Below the pieces are notes generated by a model, which ran no database searches, was not told the origin of the DNA, and worked only from the letters and a program-made list of their open reading frames with translations. DNA of 63,281 bases, counting the filler, from Folioceros fuciformis (lineage: Eukaryota), in assembly GCA_049999805.1 (NCBI GenBank). It is 15 parts of 15 records of this genome, joined end to end, with 100 filler letters (N's around TTAATTAATTAA, not from the genome) between each part and the next. Parts side by side here need not be neighbours in the genome. Positions count along the whole stretch, not along the records: positions 51,161 to 53,182 come from JBNGIO010005285.1; positions 53,283 to 54,852 come from JBNGIO010005286.1; positions 54,953 to 56,055 come from JBNGIO010005288.1; positions 56,156 to 58,067 come from JBNGIO010005289.1; positions 58,168 to 60,084 come from JBNGIO010005291.1; positions 60,185 to 62,063 come from JBNGIO010005292.1; positions 62,164 to 63,281 come from JBNGIO010005293.1; 8 more parts are not named here. One strand, written 5' to 3'. This document shows, piece by piece, positions 51,161-63,281 of the stretch. Each line of letters opens with the position of its first letter. The stretch's first letter is position 1. Made by a program: the position numbers and the translations under genes.

Positions 51161-52927
51161 TCCCACAATTTCAGATGACTTGCTTCGTGAGATGGCTTCC
51201 AAATTCCACGAGAGGATTCCTGAAGGTGAGAGACCAAAAATGACATACCATAGAGGTTGGGTTGCTCGCTGGAAGAAAAGATATAATTTTAAATCAGTTG
51301 TCAGACATGGAGAGGTAGGTAGTGTTGACAATACAAAAGCAGTGAAGGCAGCTATTAGAGAGTTGCAACTTCAAGTTCTTGATTATGGAGCTGCAAATGT
51401 TTTTAATATGGACGAGACTGGTCTTTTCTTCAGAGCAACGCCGAACATGACACTTGCAACAATGTGTGTTGCAGGACGGAAGCAGTTTAAGGACCGGTTG
51501 ACAATTGGACTGACAACAAATGTTGATGGATCTTGCAAATTGCCACCTTTTGTGATTAACAGATATCTTAGGCCTCGTGCTTTTTCCGTCAGGAATGTTC
51601 AAAATCCCAAGAATTTGAATATTATCTGGTCTGCAACCCAAAAGGCATGGATGACAATAGAGTTGTTTGAGAAGTTTTTACTAGATTTTGACCAGAGGAT
51701 GGTTGCATCAAGGCGGACTAGAGTATTACTTATAGTGGATAATTGTCCTGGGCATCGGTTTGGTAATGCAACTCACTTGCAAGTTACAAAGGTGGTTTTT
51801 TTCCACCCGATGTGACAAGCGTATATCAACCTTTGGACCAAGGGATCATCTGTTCTTTGCAGGCTCGGTATCGCAAGTTGATGATTTCGTACCAATGTAA
51901 CCAGATCATAGGTAATACGGCTACAACTATCGATGTATATCAAGCAATGGTTACGCTGGTAAAAGCTTGGACTTCATTTGTGAGTCCTCGTACCATACGC
52001 AATTGTTGGAGGCGTAGTACTTTGGATACGGAATTGCGTGCACAAGATGCTATGTTCCGTGAGTCTTTGGATCTAAACAGCGCANNNNNNNNNNNNNNNN
52101 NNNNNNNNNNNNNNNNNNNNNNNNNNNNNNNNNNNNNNNNNNNNNNNNNNNNNNNNNNNNNNNNNNNNNNNNNNNNNNNNNNNNCTTTGGATCTAAACAG
52201 CGCACCATATGATCCAGAGGATCCATTGTCGAATCCTCAAAATCACTCTAATTCGTTGAAAACGCAGGTAGAAGAGCTACAACAATCCATGCGAAGCTTA
52301 GCATTATTAACATCTGAGGATATGACAGGAATTGCTGATGGTGGATATCCAACGATGACAGCTAAAGAGTATCTAAACTTTGGGGAGGATGAAGCATTGG
52401 AGACTACGAATATTCCTAAGAGGACGAAATATGGCAAGCATTAATCCCTCCGCCAATCCATAAGGAGGGTGAGGAGAATGATACAACGTTAATGAAGACC
52501 ACAGTGCCAAGACCGTGTACGACAAATGATGTTGTAGATAATGCTCTAAGGATAGCGAAGATGTTTTTGGAAGAGATGCCACATAACACTCCTGCATTCT
52601 CACTTGGAAAAATATATTGCCAGTCATTGGATGAAAGCAACTCAGCATCAATCGAGGATTGATGATTATTTTAACCCGTCAAAGTAGAATTAGGTTGTGA
52701 TTATTTTAACTCGGCAAAGTAGAATTAGGTTGGCAGCTATGTAGTACGAGGGAGCATTTTGGATTTTTTTTGGAAGCTTTTAAGTTCTTTCAAATTTTTT
52801 ATTTAAAGGATTTTTTGATTTTTTAATATTTTTATTATCAAAAAAGATGAAAATGCCTAAACGGGAACCCTCTATGGGACGATTTTTCTACTCCCAATTG
52901 TTTCCAAATTAGAGGAGTCTGACTGTA
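51161..52927 (+). mobile_element. pogo/Tigger (CENP-B-like HTH + DDE_1) DNA transposon with a frameshifted transposase and right terminus ...GACTG|TA (52925)
   Basis: GWVARWKKRY, RHGE, FNMDETGLF, KDRLT, KAWMT, LIVDNCPGH, QPLDQGII; CAGT-type terminus followed by TA. Confidence 0.9.
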
Positions 52928-54452
52928 CAATGATCCAATGCTCTCCAACCCATCTCAACATTTGGAAATACCTGGCCTCCTAGAAGGTCCACCAACCATG
53001 GCACAAATAACCAAGCACCAATAACCAAGTCCAATCTCATCACATCAACTCGCCATGAACTGTGACTGCACCAACCAACTATCTGTATTTCTCTAATAAT
53101 GTCCCACCCCGGGGGGTGGACGTACGTTGTGGTCCTTGTCGCCCTTGGGACCACGCAGACCCATTTAGTTCATCCTTTTATANNNNNNNNNNNNNNNNNN
53201 NNNNNNNNNNNNNNNNNNNNNNNNNNTTAATTAATTAANNNNNNNNNNNNNNNNNNNNNNNNNNNNNNNNNNNNNNNNNNNNAGTAGCCGCCGGATTCAG
53301 TAGGCCAGGCGGGCGGCTGCCAGGGTCGAAGGCAAGGCAGAAGCCGGATCGGGGGCTGCTGTGGAGGGGTCAGCTAGGCCGGCTGGTTGGCCGGTCCATG
53401 GTGGCGGGGTGGAGCACGGTCTTGCCGGATCCTGGCGACTTGGCTGTTTGCCCAGGCGGGTCTGGACAGCTAGGCCTGGCAGGTCGAGGTCGGACCCGGC
53501 TGCAGTCCCGGGGGGCCAGCATGTAGGCAGGCGGGCTGATCGGGTGCCAAGCTTGCTGGCTGGGTGGCCGGTCAAATCGGCAAAAGGTAGGCAAGCCAGG
53601 GCGACCGGCTGGCTGGCAGTGGCAGTTACGGGGCAAGCACAGGTCGACTACCCGATCCGAAACTAGGTGATAGCGAAGGCTTGTGTCAATGATAGCGCTG
53701 TAGGGAGGTGTCGAATTGAGGGCGAGTGAACAAGTGCGACTCGGGGGCTGGTGTTCCAGGTTTCNNNNNNNNNNNNNNNNNNNNNNNNNNNNNNNNNNNN
53801 NNNNNNNNNNNNNNNNNNNNNNNNNNNNNNNNNNNNNNNNNNNNNNNNNNNNNNNNNNNNNNNNTGCTGGGGGCCCGAGTTCCAGAACCTGCTGGGGTTG
53901 GAAGGGGGAGGATGGATTGGGCAATTGGCAGAAGATTCATGCGAAGGAACAATGGTTATGTGGGGCGTGGAACAGTCAACCTTGGCAGATCCCAATGCAC
54001 TCGAGAGCCCTGCAACGCAACCCCTGCACTGATTGGGGCCTGAGCAGCGCACCCCTCCTACGAGCAGCCAGCAGGCGAAAGGTCTGAATACAGATGTGCT
54101 GCTCGCAAGTGGGGGGCCAGATGGTGGAGTGCCAGGTTTACAAGGTTGCCCTTCAGGGCACCAGACCAGCATGAATGAACTTGAAGAGGTGGAGGCTCTG
54201 ATGGGTTGTAGGATGCTCTGAAGGAAAGTACGATGGTCTGAAGGAAAGGGAGAGAGAAAGGGGGAGAGTATTGGAAGGCACTAACGATTTTAGTATTTTA
54301 GTAGTCTGAGAGGTTGGTCAATTTTGGTTAATTTTGGTAAGGGCACCCAGTGGTGTCAGGGACACAATCCTTCTTAGGTTGGGGTTAGGGTTAGGTTAGA
54401 GTTAGGGGCGACTTAGGTCAGAATTAGGGATAAGCTAGGTCGGAGAGAGAGA

Positions 54453-54852
54453 CTATCAGCTGTGGACTGAGGCTAACCTAGTAGATAGAGATGGGTCTAT
54501 CAGCTGTGGACTGAGGCTAACCTAGTAGATAGAGATGGGTCTTGGGCCCGGGTAATATAAGAGGATAGACCCTCCATTGAGGAGGGGGGTGGTCTATGGT
54601 GTGATTTCCCTTGACCTTGTGTGTTGAGCCAGTTTGAGACTGAACCAAGGGCTTGATTCCTCCTTGATTCCCCTTGCCACTAGGGGGACATGGTGGATCC
54701 CAAGACCGCCGAGATCCATGTGGTTGGATCCCGAGATCCATGTGGTTGGATCCATAATGGCTGACTATTTTGCAGGCTGGCCCCCGTGGCTGACTATTTT
54801 GCAGGCTGGCGGGGGCCACATGGATCCGTAATGGCTGACTATTTTGCAGGCT
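54453..54852. repeat. 44-bp tandem duplication (54453-54540) and short repeats (GATCCATGTGGTTG; GGCTGACTATTTTGCAGGCT x3), probably LTR-internal
   Basis: Direct reading. Confidence 0.7.
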
Positions 54853-55467
54853 NNNNNNNNNNNNNNNNNNNNNNNNNNNNNNNNNNNNNNNNNNNNTTAA
54901 TTAATTAANNNNNNNNNNNNNNNNNNNNNNNNNNNNNNNNNNNNNNNNNNNNCGGTAGGGGATATTGTCATACACCACAACATAGGATCCAGTTACCGAG
55001 TCTCCTATCTTCTATCAGAGAGTTGAAGATATCTGTTACGCAAGCACATCAAGCAATTGCTAATTTGTCCCACCAGGTCTCGAATCTGCGCAAAGACCAG
55101 CAGTCAGTCAACACTCAAATTGTCAAACTTCTTCTCTTGCATAAATTGGGAGAAAGCAATTTGGTCAAGCCCACGTTTGAGCCAGCAGCTGTTGACTCAT
55201 CAAAAGAAAGCTTGCTGGAGCGGTATGTGGAAGCAACCGCCGAATGTTTCCTAGAGGGCGTCGAGGCAAGTCACAAGAGCCCACAGGGAGCGAACCTGTA
55301 AAAGACCTTTGAGCTAGGAGGAAGGCCCGTTCAGTCTCACCGACGCGGAAGCCATACAAAGTCATGGNNNNNNNNNNNNNNNNNNNNNNNNNNNNNNNNN
55401 NNNNNNNNNNNNNNNNNNNNNNNNNNNNNNNNNNNNNNNNNNNNNNNNNNNNNNNNNNNNNNNNNNN

Positions 55468-56055
55468 TGGGATGTGGCTTCTGGCGCAACCGCCAAGCCT
55501 GCTGCCGCAACGTCAGCCCCCGATGTCATCTCCAAGTGGGAGAAGACCGACCTGCGTGCACGAGCTTTGCTTCAGTCCGCGTTGGATAGCTCAATGATGC
55601 ACCATGTTGACGACGCCGAGACCACAGCTCAAGCTTGGGCGTCCCTCCATCAGGTTTTTGCAACAACAAATTCCACATCGCTTGTTTCAGCCAGCCGTCT
55701 TTTCTGGAACTTGCACATGAAGGAGACACAATCAGTCGAACAACATATCCAGCAGTTTCGCCACTTGAGGCAACGGCTGGCGTCGGCCGGCACAAAGGTC
55801 TCGGAGCTCCAAGCTGCCGTTGCTCTCCTCATGTCTCTACCAGAACGTTTCAGAACCTTTGTAAGTACTCAAAATGCAACCCTGCGAGCAGCAGCAGCAG
55901 CGCCTACAGGCACAGTGACAATCACAATGTCAGAAATCATCGGAGCATTGCTGGAGGAGGAGTCCTCTCACAAATCAACTCGAGGAGCGTCTTCATCCTC
56001 CGGCAACGGCAACAATCGAGTCCTTTTTGCCGCAAGGGGGAGAGGGCGAGGCCGT
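55468..56055 (+). mobile_element. Ty1/Copia gag (UBN2-type)
   Basis: WEKTDLRARALL...TTAQAWASL...LHMKETQSVEQHI...LLMSLPERF. Confidence 0.9.
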
Positions 56056-57133
56056 NNNNNNNNNNNNNNNNNNNNNNNNNNNNNNNNNNNNNNNNNNNNT
56101 TAATTAATTAANNNNNNNNNNNNNNNNNNNNNNNNNNNNNNNNNNNNNNNNNNNNTAAACTTCAACCAATAACTAAATTGTTTTTGAAATTGTGTACTAA
56201 TTGCATTACCATTTAAAAGCTTTGTTAATTGAAAAGGAAAAAACACAAATAAAAATAAGCAAGCTTGGTAAATATTAGGGAAGAGGTAGTCATGCAGAAT
56301 ATGATACTCATGTTGACCAGATAAATCCCAAAAGCTTACTTGCAAAAGATGGAGAAGGGACTCCATTGCTATGCCTTCAGTTTTCCTCCATGGCTTCCAT
56401 ATNNNNNNNNNNNNNNNNNNNNNNNNNNNNNNNNNNNNNNNNNNNNNNNNNNNNNNNNNNNNNNNNNNNNNNNNNNNNNNNNNNNNNNNNNNNNNNNNNN
56501 NNAGTAATGGCACAAGTGAAACAAGGTGAAACTTAAAAGTAGAAAGGTGAAAGCTAAATCTAGAGCTGTCTTGATAAAGAAGCAAGTGTGCTTCTTGTTG
56601 TCTTGGGAAACAAGATGTGTATTCCAGGCAAAACCTCTTAAGAAGGATGGAGTTGTAATGACTGCTAGTATTCTGAGATGAGTGGTGTGTATCATTCCCA
56701 GCTTTAGCAATGACTTAGCTGTGGAGTATAAATAGGCTAGTGTTAAGGTCTTGAGGATTGTCGTGCTTTAAGAAGTCTTGCCCTTCAACATATGAACATA
56801 ACCCTAGACATCTCTAAACACCTATATATTCTACATATTTAGTATACATTCTTGTATATATAGGGTGGCTAGCCCCTATATGATATACGTGTATATTCTA
56901 TCAACAATGCACATAGATGCCTCCCCTTGGGTGCTTCCTCTCCGTCGTACACACCAAGGCTATTGGTCATCCTGCCACTCTTTGGTGGTTTACTACACAC
57001 AAGATTGACGGAAGGAGTAGCTTTCCTCTACTCCTCCTCCCTCGATGTGAGTACATTGATCACACTTATAATTCATGGATGCCTCCCCTTGATGGCTTCC
57101 TCCCCGTCGTGCACACCAAGGCTATTGGTCACT

Positions 57134-58067
57134 TCAATGATCACTTCCAGAATCTCCACATCCTGTACAAGCAAATCCCCTTCTTAGTATGAAAGCTTGC
57201 ACATCAATTGCTGAATTCAAGTAAGGCAAATGGCATGGCACACAATTTTTCATGTGTTCCCAAAAAGTTGTGCCATCCTTTCCCTCCAACTCCAAAATTC
57301 TATTCAACTTCACACTTCTCACCCTTAATATTATCCTACTCGCACGTGTATCAATTGTTGTCATTGTCTTCCTCTGCAAATATACATAATCTCCAACTTC
57401 AAACTTCTTCACCTTAGGCCTGAAATGCCCACTCCTTGTTTTTCTGTACCTCAACTCATCTCTATGTTAAGCTATTAACAAATTATCCATTGCCATAGGC
57501 ATAATTCTCCTGAACAATTCCGCTCTATGTGTAACTATCTTCAACCATTTATTATGGTCATCCAGATCCACTATAGTATTCACCTTGTCTTCTAACATCC
57601 TAGAAAACTATGGTCTATGTCCAAACAACAAGTATGGTGAAAATTTTCCCAGCAATGCTTCCCTACTCATCCTATAGCCCATCGCAAAAATGACAACATC
57701 CTATCCCACTCACTCTTGTCCATCACCAAACAATACTTCCTCAAAGCATTCTTACCTGTTTGTACCATTCTTTCTACCAAACCATCAGCCTCCAGGTGAT
57801 TCCTTGAAGTTACCCTATGATCAATAAAGATACTCATTTAAAAATTCATCAAAATCTCCCATAAATTCAATACTCTGATTTGTCAAAACTTATGCACAAG
57901 CCCCAAAAACACTCAACACATGATTAAGAAATGCTTCTTCAATGTCAGGTGACTTCTTCTCTCTCAAAGGCACCAAAACTATCCACCTAGACAAATGTTC
58001 TATCATCACCAACATATATCTGAATCTTCTATGGGTGAATGGCAACTCTCCAACCAAATCCAAATCA
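57134..58067 (-). mobile_element. AT-rich decayed Gypsy integrase, same family as 15014-16490, with the start of a PHD finger
   Basis: IEHLSRW, NHLEADGLVERMV, FEVGDYVYLQR...EHMKNCVPCHLP...CTGC. Confidence 0.85.
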
Positions 58068-58167
58068 NNNNNNNNNNNNNNNNNNNNNNNNNNNNNNNNN
58101 NNNNNNNNNNNTTAATTAATTAANNNNNNNNNNNNNNNNNNNNNNNNNNNNNNNNNNNNNNNNNNNN

Positions 58168-58419
58168 AAGCTCTTCCTCGGGCTGCCCGTCTCCGTCTCC
58201 GTCCGATCCGTAGTCTGAGGCTCCGCGCTGTCGGCGCCGCGCGCTGAGCGAGGCAGCAGCCAGAGCGTCCACAGCCTCTGAGTACCGCATCTCGTCCCCG
58301 TCCAAGGTGCTGCCATACTCGCTCTTCACAGACCACGAGTCCGCAGCCACCGACCGCTCATCGTCGGAGTAGTGCGACGCAGCCGCGGCCGCAGAGAATT
58401 CGAAGTCTGCCTGCTTCAT
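58168..58419 (-). CDS. EFM4: First coding exon (partial, runs into a gap) of an EF1A lysine N-methyltransferase EFM4/EEF1AKMT2 homolog
   Basis: SDDERSVAADSWSVKSEYGSTLD...EAVDAL...SDY matches, from recall, the plant-specific N-terminus of this family. The catalytic domain is not in the window. Confidence 0.75.
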
Positions 58420-59557
58420 CGCGCCCGTCGGTGGCGGAAGTCGGGGCGAATGGCCCTTGATGTTGTGTGCTTCCCACTCCCCAAAGCCTAGTCCGCTTGA
58501 TGACACACCCTTCTCCGTCTCACACGATGCGATGCGATGCGATGCGAGGCTTTGTACCAAGTCTGATACCGTGTCCACAGACCCAACCTCGTTCACCGTA
58601 AAGAAGGGGTGCAGTCATCTTTTTCGGAGTTTTGATGTAAACGACAAACTTCTCACTGTTGCAGTAGGAAACTTGAGGAACGGACCGACTGGGACACGAA
58701 TGAGGAGTGTCGCGGGCATGTAACGGACCCGACTGCCAATCAGAGGGAGTAAAACCGAGCGCATGAGGCTCATGGACATCTTTGCAAGAAATTAGCCGAG
58801 GCCTCCAAACAACTTGCGTTGGAGGCCTCCTACCAAGCCCTACAGTCGTTGGAGTGGTTCGCCACACGGGAGGTAATCAAGTGGAGACCCATGGCGTGCA
58901 CGTAAACCATCGGAACAACGTCTTGCAAATGGAGGAGGAACTCACCACCCTGGAGACGCATGCAGCCTAAATGAGAACGCTACCTTGAAGGTTNNNNNNN
59001 NNNNNNNNNNNNNNNNNNNNNNNNNNNNNNNNNNNNNNNNNNNNNNNNNNNNNNNNNNNNNNNNNNNNNNNNNNNNNNNNNNNNNNNNNNNNNACACTGC
59101 CTAAAGAACGTCCCCTGTGAAATGGGTTTTTCTCGCGGTTTTCATGTTTCTTAGAGAATCTAGATTTTTTTCGGAGATGTGAGATACTAACACTAAGATA
59201 CTAAATCGGTCAGCTGACTTCCCCTCTTTTCTGCTTAAACTTGGTGGGAATAGTTGTTCTTATGCTGTCAGCTACCACCAAAAACCTATTCCCAAATGCT
59301 CTATGCTAGAGCTTTAATCGACGTTTAGAACCTTTCAATCAATCCATTAGCATGCAAAAGTGCCGAGTGGCATATGCAAGTCCACGCTAAGGACCAATTG
59401 TCATACAAAAGTTCATGTTGGCAGCTAACCGGCGGCCACAAGTTCTTGCTCAAAGCATGACCACACAAATTTGCACTTGGAGCCCGCTGGTGAGGATAAG
59501 TGCAAGTTCTTGCTCAGAGCATGCACACACAACCACGATAAGTGCATGGCATAACCT

Positions 59558-60084
59558 AGCTGGCACACACTTGTGTACGCCATGACCCGATTGGCATGCA
59601 CAAGTGCACGCCATGACTTTGTTGGCACGCACAACTGCACACCATGCCCTAGTTGGCACGCACAAGTGCACACCATGCCATTGTTGGCACGTACAAGTGC
59701 ACACCATGCCGTTGTTGGCACGAACAAGTGCACGCCATGACTCTGTTGGCACGCACAAGTGCACAACATGCCCCAGTTGGCACGCACAAGTGCACACCAT
59801 GCCATTGTTGGCACGTACAAGTGCACACCATGCCACTGTTGGCATGAACAAGTGCACGCCATGCCCCAGTTGGCACGCACAAGTGCACACCATGCCCCAA
59901 TTGGCACGCACAAGTGCACACCATGCCATTGTTGGCACGTACAAGTGCACACCATACCCCAGTTGGCACGCACAAGTGCACACCATGCCCCGGTTGGCAC
60001 GCCCAAGTGCACACCATGACCCGATGGCACGCACAAGTGCACACCATGCCCCCGGTTAGCACGCACAAGTGCACACCATGCCCC
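59558..60084. repeat. 31-bp tandem satellite (GTTGGCACGCACAAGTGCACACCATGCCCCA), ~17 copies
   Basis: Direct reading; 31-aa periodicity in the translations. Confidence 0.95.
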
Positions 60085-60184
60085 NNNNNNNNNNNNNNNN
60101 NNNNNNNNNNNNNNNNNNNNNNNNNNNNTTAATTAATTAANNNNNNNNNNNNNNNNNNNNNNNNNNNNNNNNNNNNNNNNNNNN

Positions 60185-62063
60185 CTGTGCAGTTGGGTAT
60201 GGTACCCAACATCACCGTGTCCGAGATCGCTGGAGCCCTCCTAGAAGAGGAGGCTGCCAAGTTCAATGTCGGGACTTCAAAACATGGAGGAGACCGGGTT
60301 ATGTTCGTCGCCAAACGACGTCAACAACAGCGTAAGAATTCTACTAAACCTAAAACCAGGAACACTTCCCAAGGTTCCGACAAGCCTGCTTCCTTAGCTA
60401 GCTCTTCTACCAAGACTCCCAAGCGACAAGGCACGTGCAATTGGTGCCAAACGCCAGGTCACTGGGAGCGGGAGTGCAGGAAGAAGCAAGCTGGTGAGGC
60501 CAAGCGAGAGCACTGTATGGCCAACTCGGCTACTGTCTCGACTAAGGCCAAGAATCCTTCTCAACCTGGAATTGCTTTCACTGTTTGTCTTATGGCATTT
60601 GAGCACAGTCAGTCATGGCTGATTGATTCTGCTGCGTCCGCGCACATCTGTAGTCACAAGACCATGTTCACGAAGTATGAGGCGGCTGCTGACATTCAGC
60701 GCTTCGTTCTTCTCGGAGATGACTCTAGTCTTTCCATTGCGGGGATTGGCTCCGTCACCTTCACTCTGGTTGACGGCTCCCTCATGGTGCTTTCTCATGT
60801 TTTACATGTTCCCCAGATGGCCAAGAACCTCATCTCTGTTCGACAACTTGTCAAGGACGGCTCCTTTTGCCTTGAGTTTGGTTTTGGCGATTGTCTTCTA
60901 TATCGGTCCTCTAACCCTCGTGTGGTTGTTGCTAGAGGTCGTCCGCGTCATGACTTGTATGTCTTCACAAGCTAGCCCGTGCTTCCGCCGGCTGCCTCTC
61001 TGGTGGTTCCCTCTCACGGTGACCAGCCTTCAAGGAGATCCCACCCTGGTGACGCTCTCCTTTGACATTGTCGGCTTGGACATCTAAATCCAGCCAGGCT
61101 ACTGGCCACGACTCAGCAGGACTTGTATCGCGATAAGCTTCCNNNNNNNNNNNNNNNNNNNNNNNNNNNNNNNNNNNNNNNNNNNNNNNNNNNNNNNNNN
61201 NNNNNNNNNNNNNNNNNNNNNNNNNNNNNNNNNNNNNNNNNNTCACTGTTTGTCTTATGGCATTTGAGCACAGTCAGTCATGGCTGATTGATTCTGCTGC
61301 GTCCGCGCACATCTGTAGTCACAAGACCATGTTCACGAAGTATGAGGCGGCTACTGACATTCCGCGCTTTGTTCTTCTCAGAGATGACTCTGGTCTTTCC
61401 ATTGCGGGGATTGGCTCCGTCGCCTTCACTCTGGCTGATGGCTCCCTCATGGTGCTTTCTCATGTTTTACATGTTCCCCAGATGGCCAAGAACCTCATCT
61501 TTGTTCGACAACTTGTCAAGGATGACTCCTTTCGCCTCGAGTTTGGTTTTGGCGATTGTCTTCTATATCGGTCATCTAACCCTCATGTGGTTGTTGCTAG
61601 AGGTCGTCCGCGTCATGACTTGTATGTCTTCATAGGCCAGCCCGTGCTTCCGGCGGCTGCCTCTCTGGTGGTTCCCTCTTAATTATGGTCTTTGCTATAA
61701 ACCCAGCGGGAAGAAGCGTCTGCAACTCACCTGCTATGTAGATGCAGATTGGGCTTCTGACGCTAATACCCGCAAAAGTATATCAGCCTTTTGCTTTCTC
61801 GCCAGCTCCTCCATAGTTAACTGGTCTTGTAGAAAACAAGCAGCCATCTCTTTATCTTCCACAGAGTCAAAGTACAAGGCACTCACCGAAGCTACAAAGG
61901 AGGTTGAATGGGAAAGGAAGCTATGCGAAGACTTGGGTATGAAGCAGGAAGGGCCAACTATTTTGCATTGTGATAACATGTCAGCAATTGCTTTGGTTGC
62001 TAACCCCGTCTTCCATGCACACACCAAGCATATAGAGATACAACATCATTATATCAGGGATGC
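60185..62063 (+). mobile_element. Ty1/Copia gag-protease (two diverged copies across a gap; same family as 27899-30325) joined directly to RNase H
   Basis: CNWCQTPGHWEREC, WLIDSAASAH; from ~61681 YVDADWAS...CDNMSAIAL..NPVFHAHTKHIEI. Confidence 0.9.
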
Positions 62064-62163
62064 NNNNNNNNNNNNNNNNNNNNNNNNNNNNNNNNNNNNN
62101 NNNNNNNTTAATTAATTAANNNNNNNNNNNNNNNNNNNNNNNNNNNNNNNNNNNNNNNNNNNN

Positions 62164-63281
62164 CCGCGCCGGCCGCGCCGCCGCGTCCGTCTTCCCCCGC
62201 AGCCGGACAGCCAGCGACACCGGCGTCTCCCGCGACACCGGCGCCCCCCGTCGCACCGGCGACCGCGCAGGTCCCGGTGGTGCCGCCCGCTCCGTCGGCG
62301 CCGTCGACACAGAACGTCCCGCCCGCGCCGTCCGCGCCGGCCGCGTCGTCGGCACCGGCCGCGTCGTCAGCACCGGCCGCGCCGTCAGCACCGGCCGCGC
62401 CGTCGGCACCGGCCGCGCCGTCGGCACCGGCAGCAGCGCCCCACACCGCTCCGGCGATCGCACCGGACCTCGTCCAGAGCGTCCCGCTGTCCCCGCCGCA
62501 GACCGCCGCTCCCCAGGGCGCTCCGGCGCCCGCGCCTGACCCCGCTGCCGGCTCCCGGCGTGAGCTGCGGGAGGCCGGCGTCGAACGGCGATCCTTCCTG
62601 NNNNNNNNNNNNNNNNNNNNNNNNNNNNNNNNNNNNNNNNNNNNNNNNNNNNNNNNNNNNNNNNNNNNNNNNNNNNNNNNNNNNNNNNNNNNNNNNNNNN
62701 CCGCGCCCGCGACGCCTCCTGCGCCCGCGACGCCGACGCCTCCCGTACCACCCGCTCCCACGACCCGTGCGGCGGCGGCTGCAGCGGCCGCCGCGCACAG
62801 ACCCGCACCGGACGTCCGGCCCCTCTCGACGGGGCCGATCCCCTCCGCGCCGGCCGCGCCGCCGCGTCCGTCTTCCCCCGCAGCCGGACAGCCAGCGACA
62901 CCGGCGTCTCCCGCGACACCGGCGCCCCCCGTCGCACCGGCGACCGCGCAGGTCCCGGTGGTGCCGCCCGCTCCGTCGGCGCCGTCGACACAGAACGTCC
63001 CGCCCGCGCCGTCCGCGCCGGCCGCGTCGTCGGCACCGGCCGCGTCGTCAGCACCGGCCGCGCCGTCAGCACCGGCCGCGCCGTCGGCACCGGCCGCGCC
63101 GTCGGCACCGGCAGCAGCGCCCCACACCGCTCCGGCGATCGCACCGGACCTCGTCCAGAGCGTCCCGCTGTCCCCGCCGCAGACCGCCGCTCCCCAGGGC
63201 GCTCCGGCGCCCGCGCCTGACCCCGCTGCCGGCTCCCGGCGTGAGCTGCGGGAGGCCGGCGTCGAACGGCGATCCTTCCTG
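62164..63281 (+). other. Very GC-rich contig encoding a Pro/Ala-rich linker, probably a bacterial (actinobacterial-like) contaminant; 62164-62600 is duplicated at 62845-63281
   Basis: Roughly 80% GC by eye with GCC/CCG/GCG/TCG codons and abundant CpG. The + frame is open: ...PAAPSAPAAPSAP...GSRRELREAGVERRSFL. Confidence 0.65.

Noticed and set aside
59425-60132. Cys/His-rich metallothionein-like ORFs
   Set aside because: These are translations of the 31-bp satellite, open in several frames on both strands.
62108-63144. Minus-strand Gly/Ala-rich (PE-PGRS or collagen-like) ORFs
   Set aside because: Shadow frames of GC-rich DNA that cross N gaps; the + strand Pro/Ala frame is more plausible.

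Overview
Eukaryotic land-plant nuclear DNA. Compact genes with mostly 70-100 nt introns suggest a bryophyte/lycophyte-type genome, but the taxon is an inference only. The window is an artificial concatenation of about 15 unplaced scaffolds joined by N-TTAATTAATTAA-N linkers, and it also has 100-N gaps that are often flanked by duplicated sequence. Host genes: a type I vacuolar H+-pyrophosphatase (3176-6161), a SANT/Myb-like + bromodomain protein (6520-10003), an eIF5-mimic/BZW W2-domain protein (19107-21355) and the first exon of an EFM4/EEF1AKMT2-like methyltransferase (58168-58419, minus). Most of the rest is nested, decayed transposable elements (Copia, Gypsy including PHD-finger integrases, L1-like LINEs, a pogo/Tigger element), satellites, a 5-kb microsatellite island and an extremely GC-rich, probably bacterial, terminal contig. 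The most unusual signals are (i) a decayed ParB/Srx-like (VLGGNH) gene split by a 26-bp minisatellite, (ii) a Gypsy integrase carrying a PHD finger, (iii) an in-frame junction between a Gypsy protease and a LINE RT, and (iv) a gag-less Copia next to a shared-LTR tandem. All homology calls are from motif recognition by eye; no searches were run.
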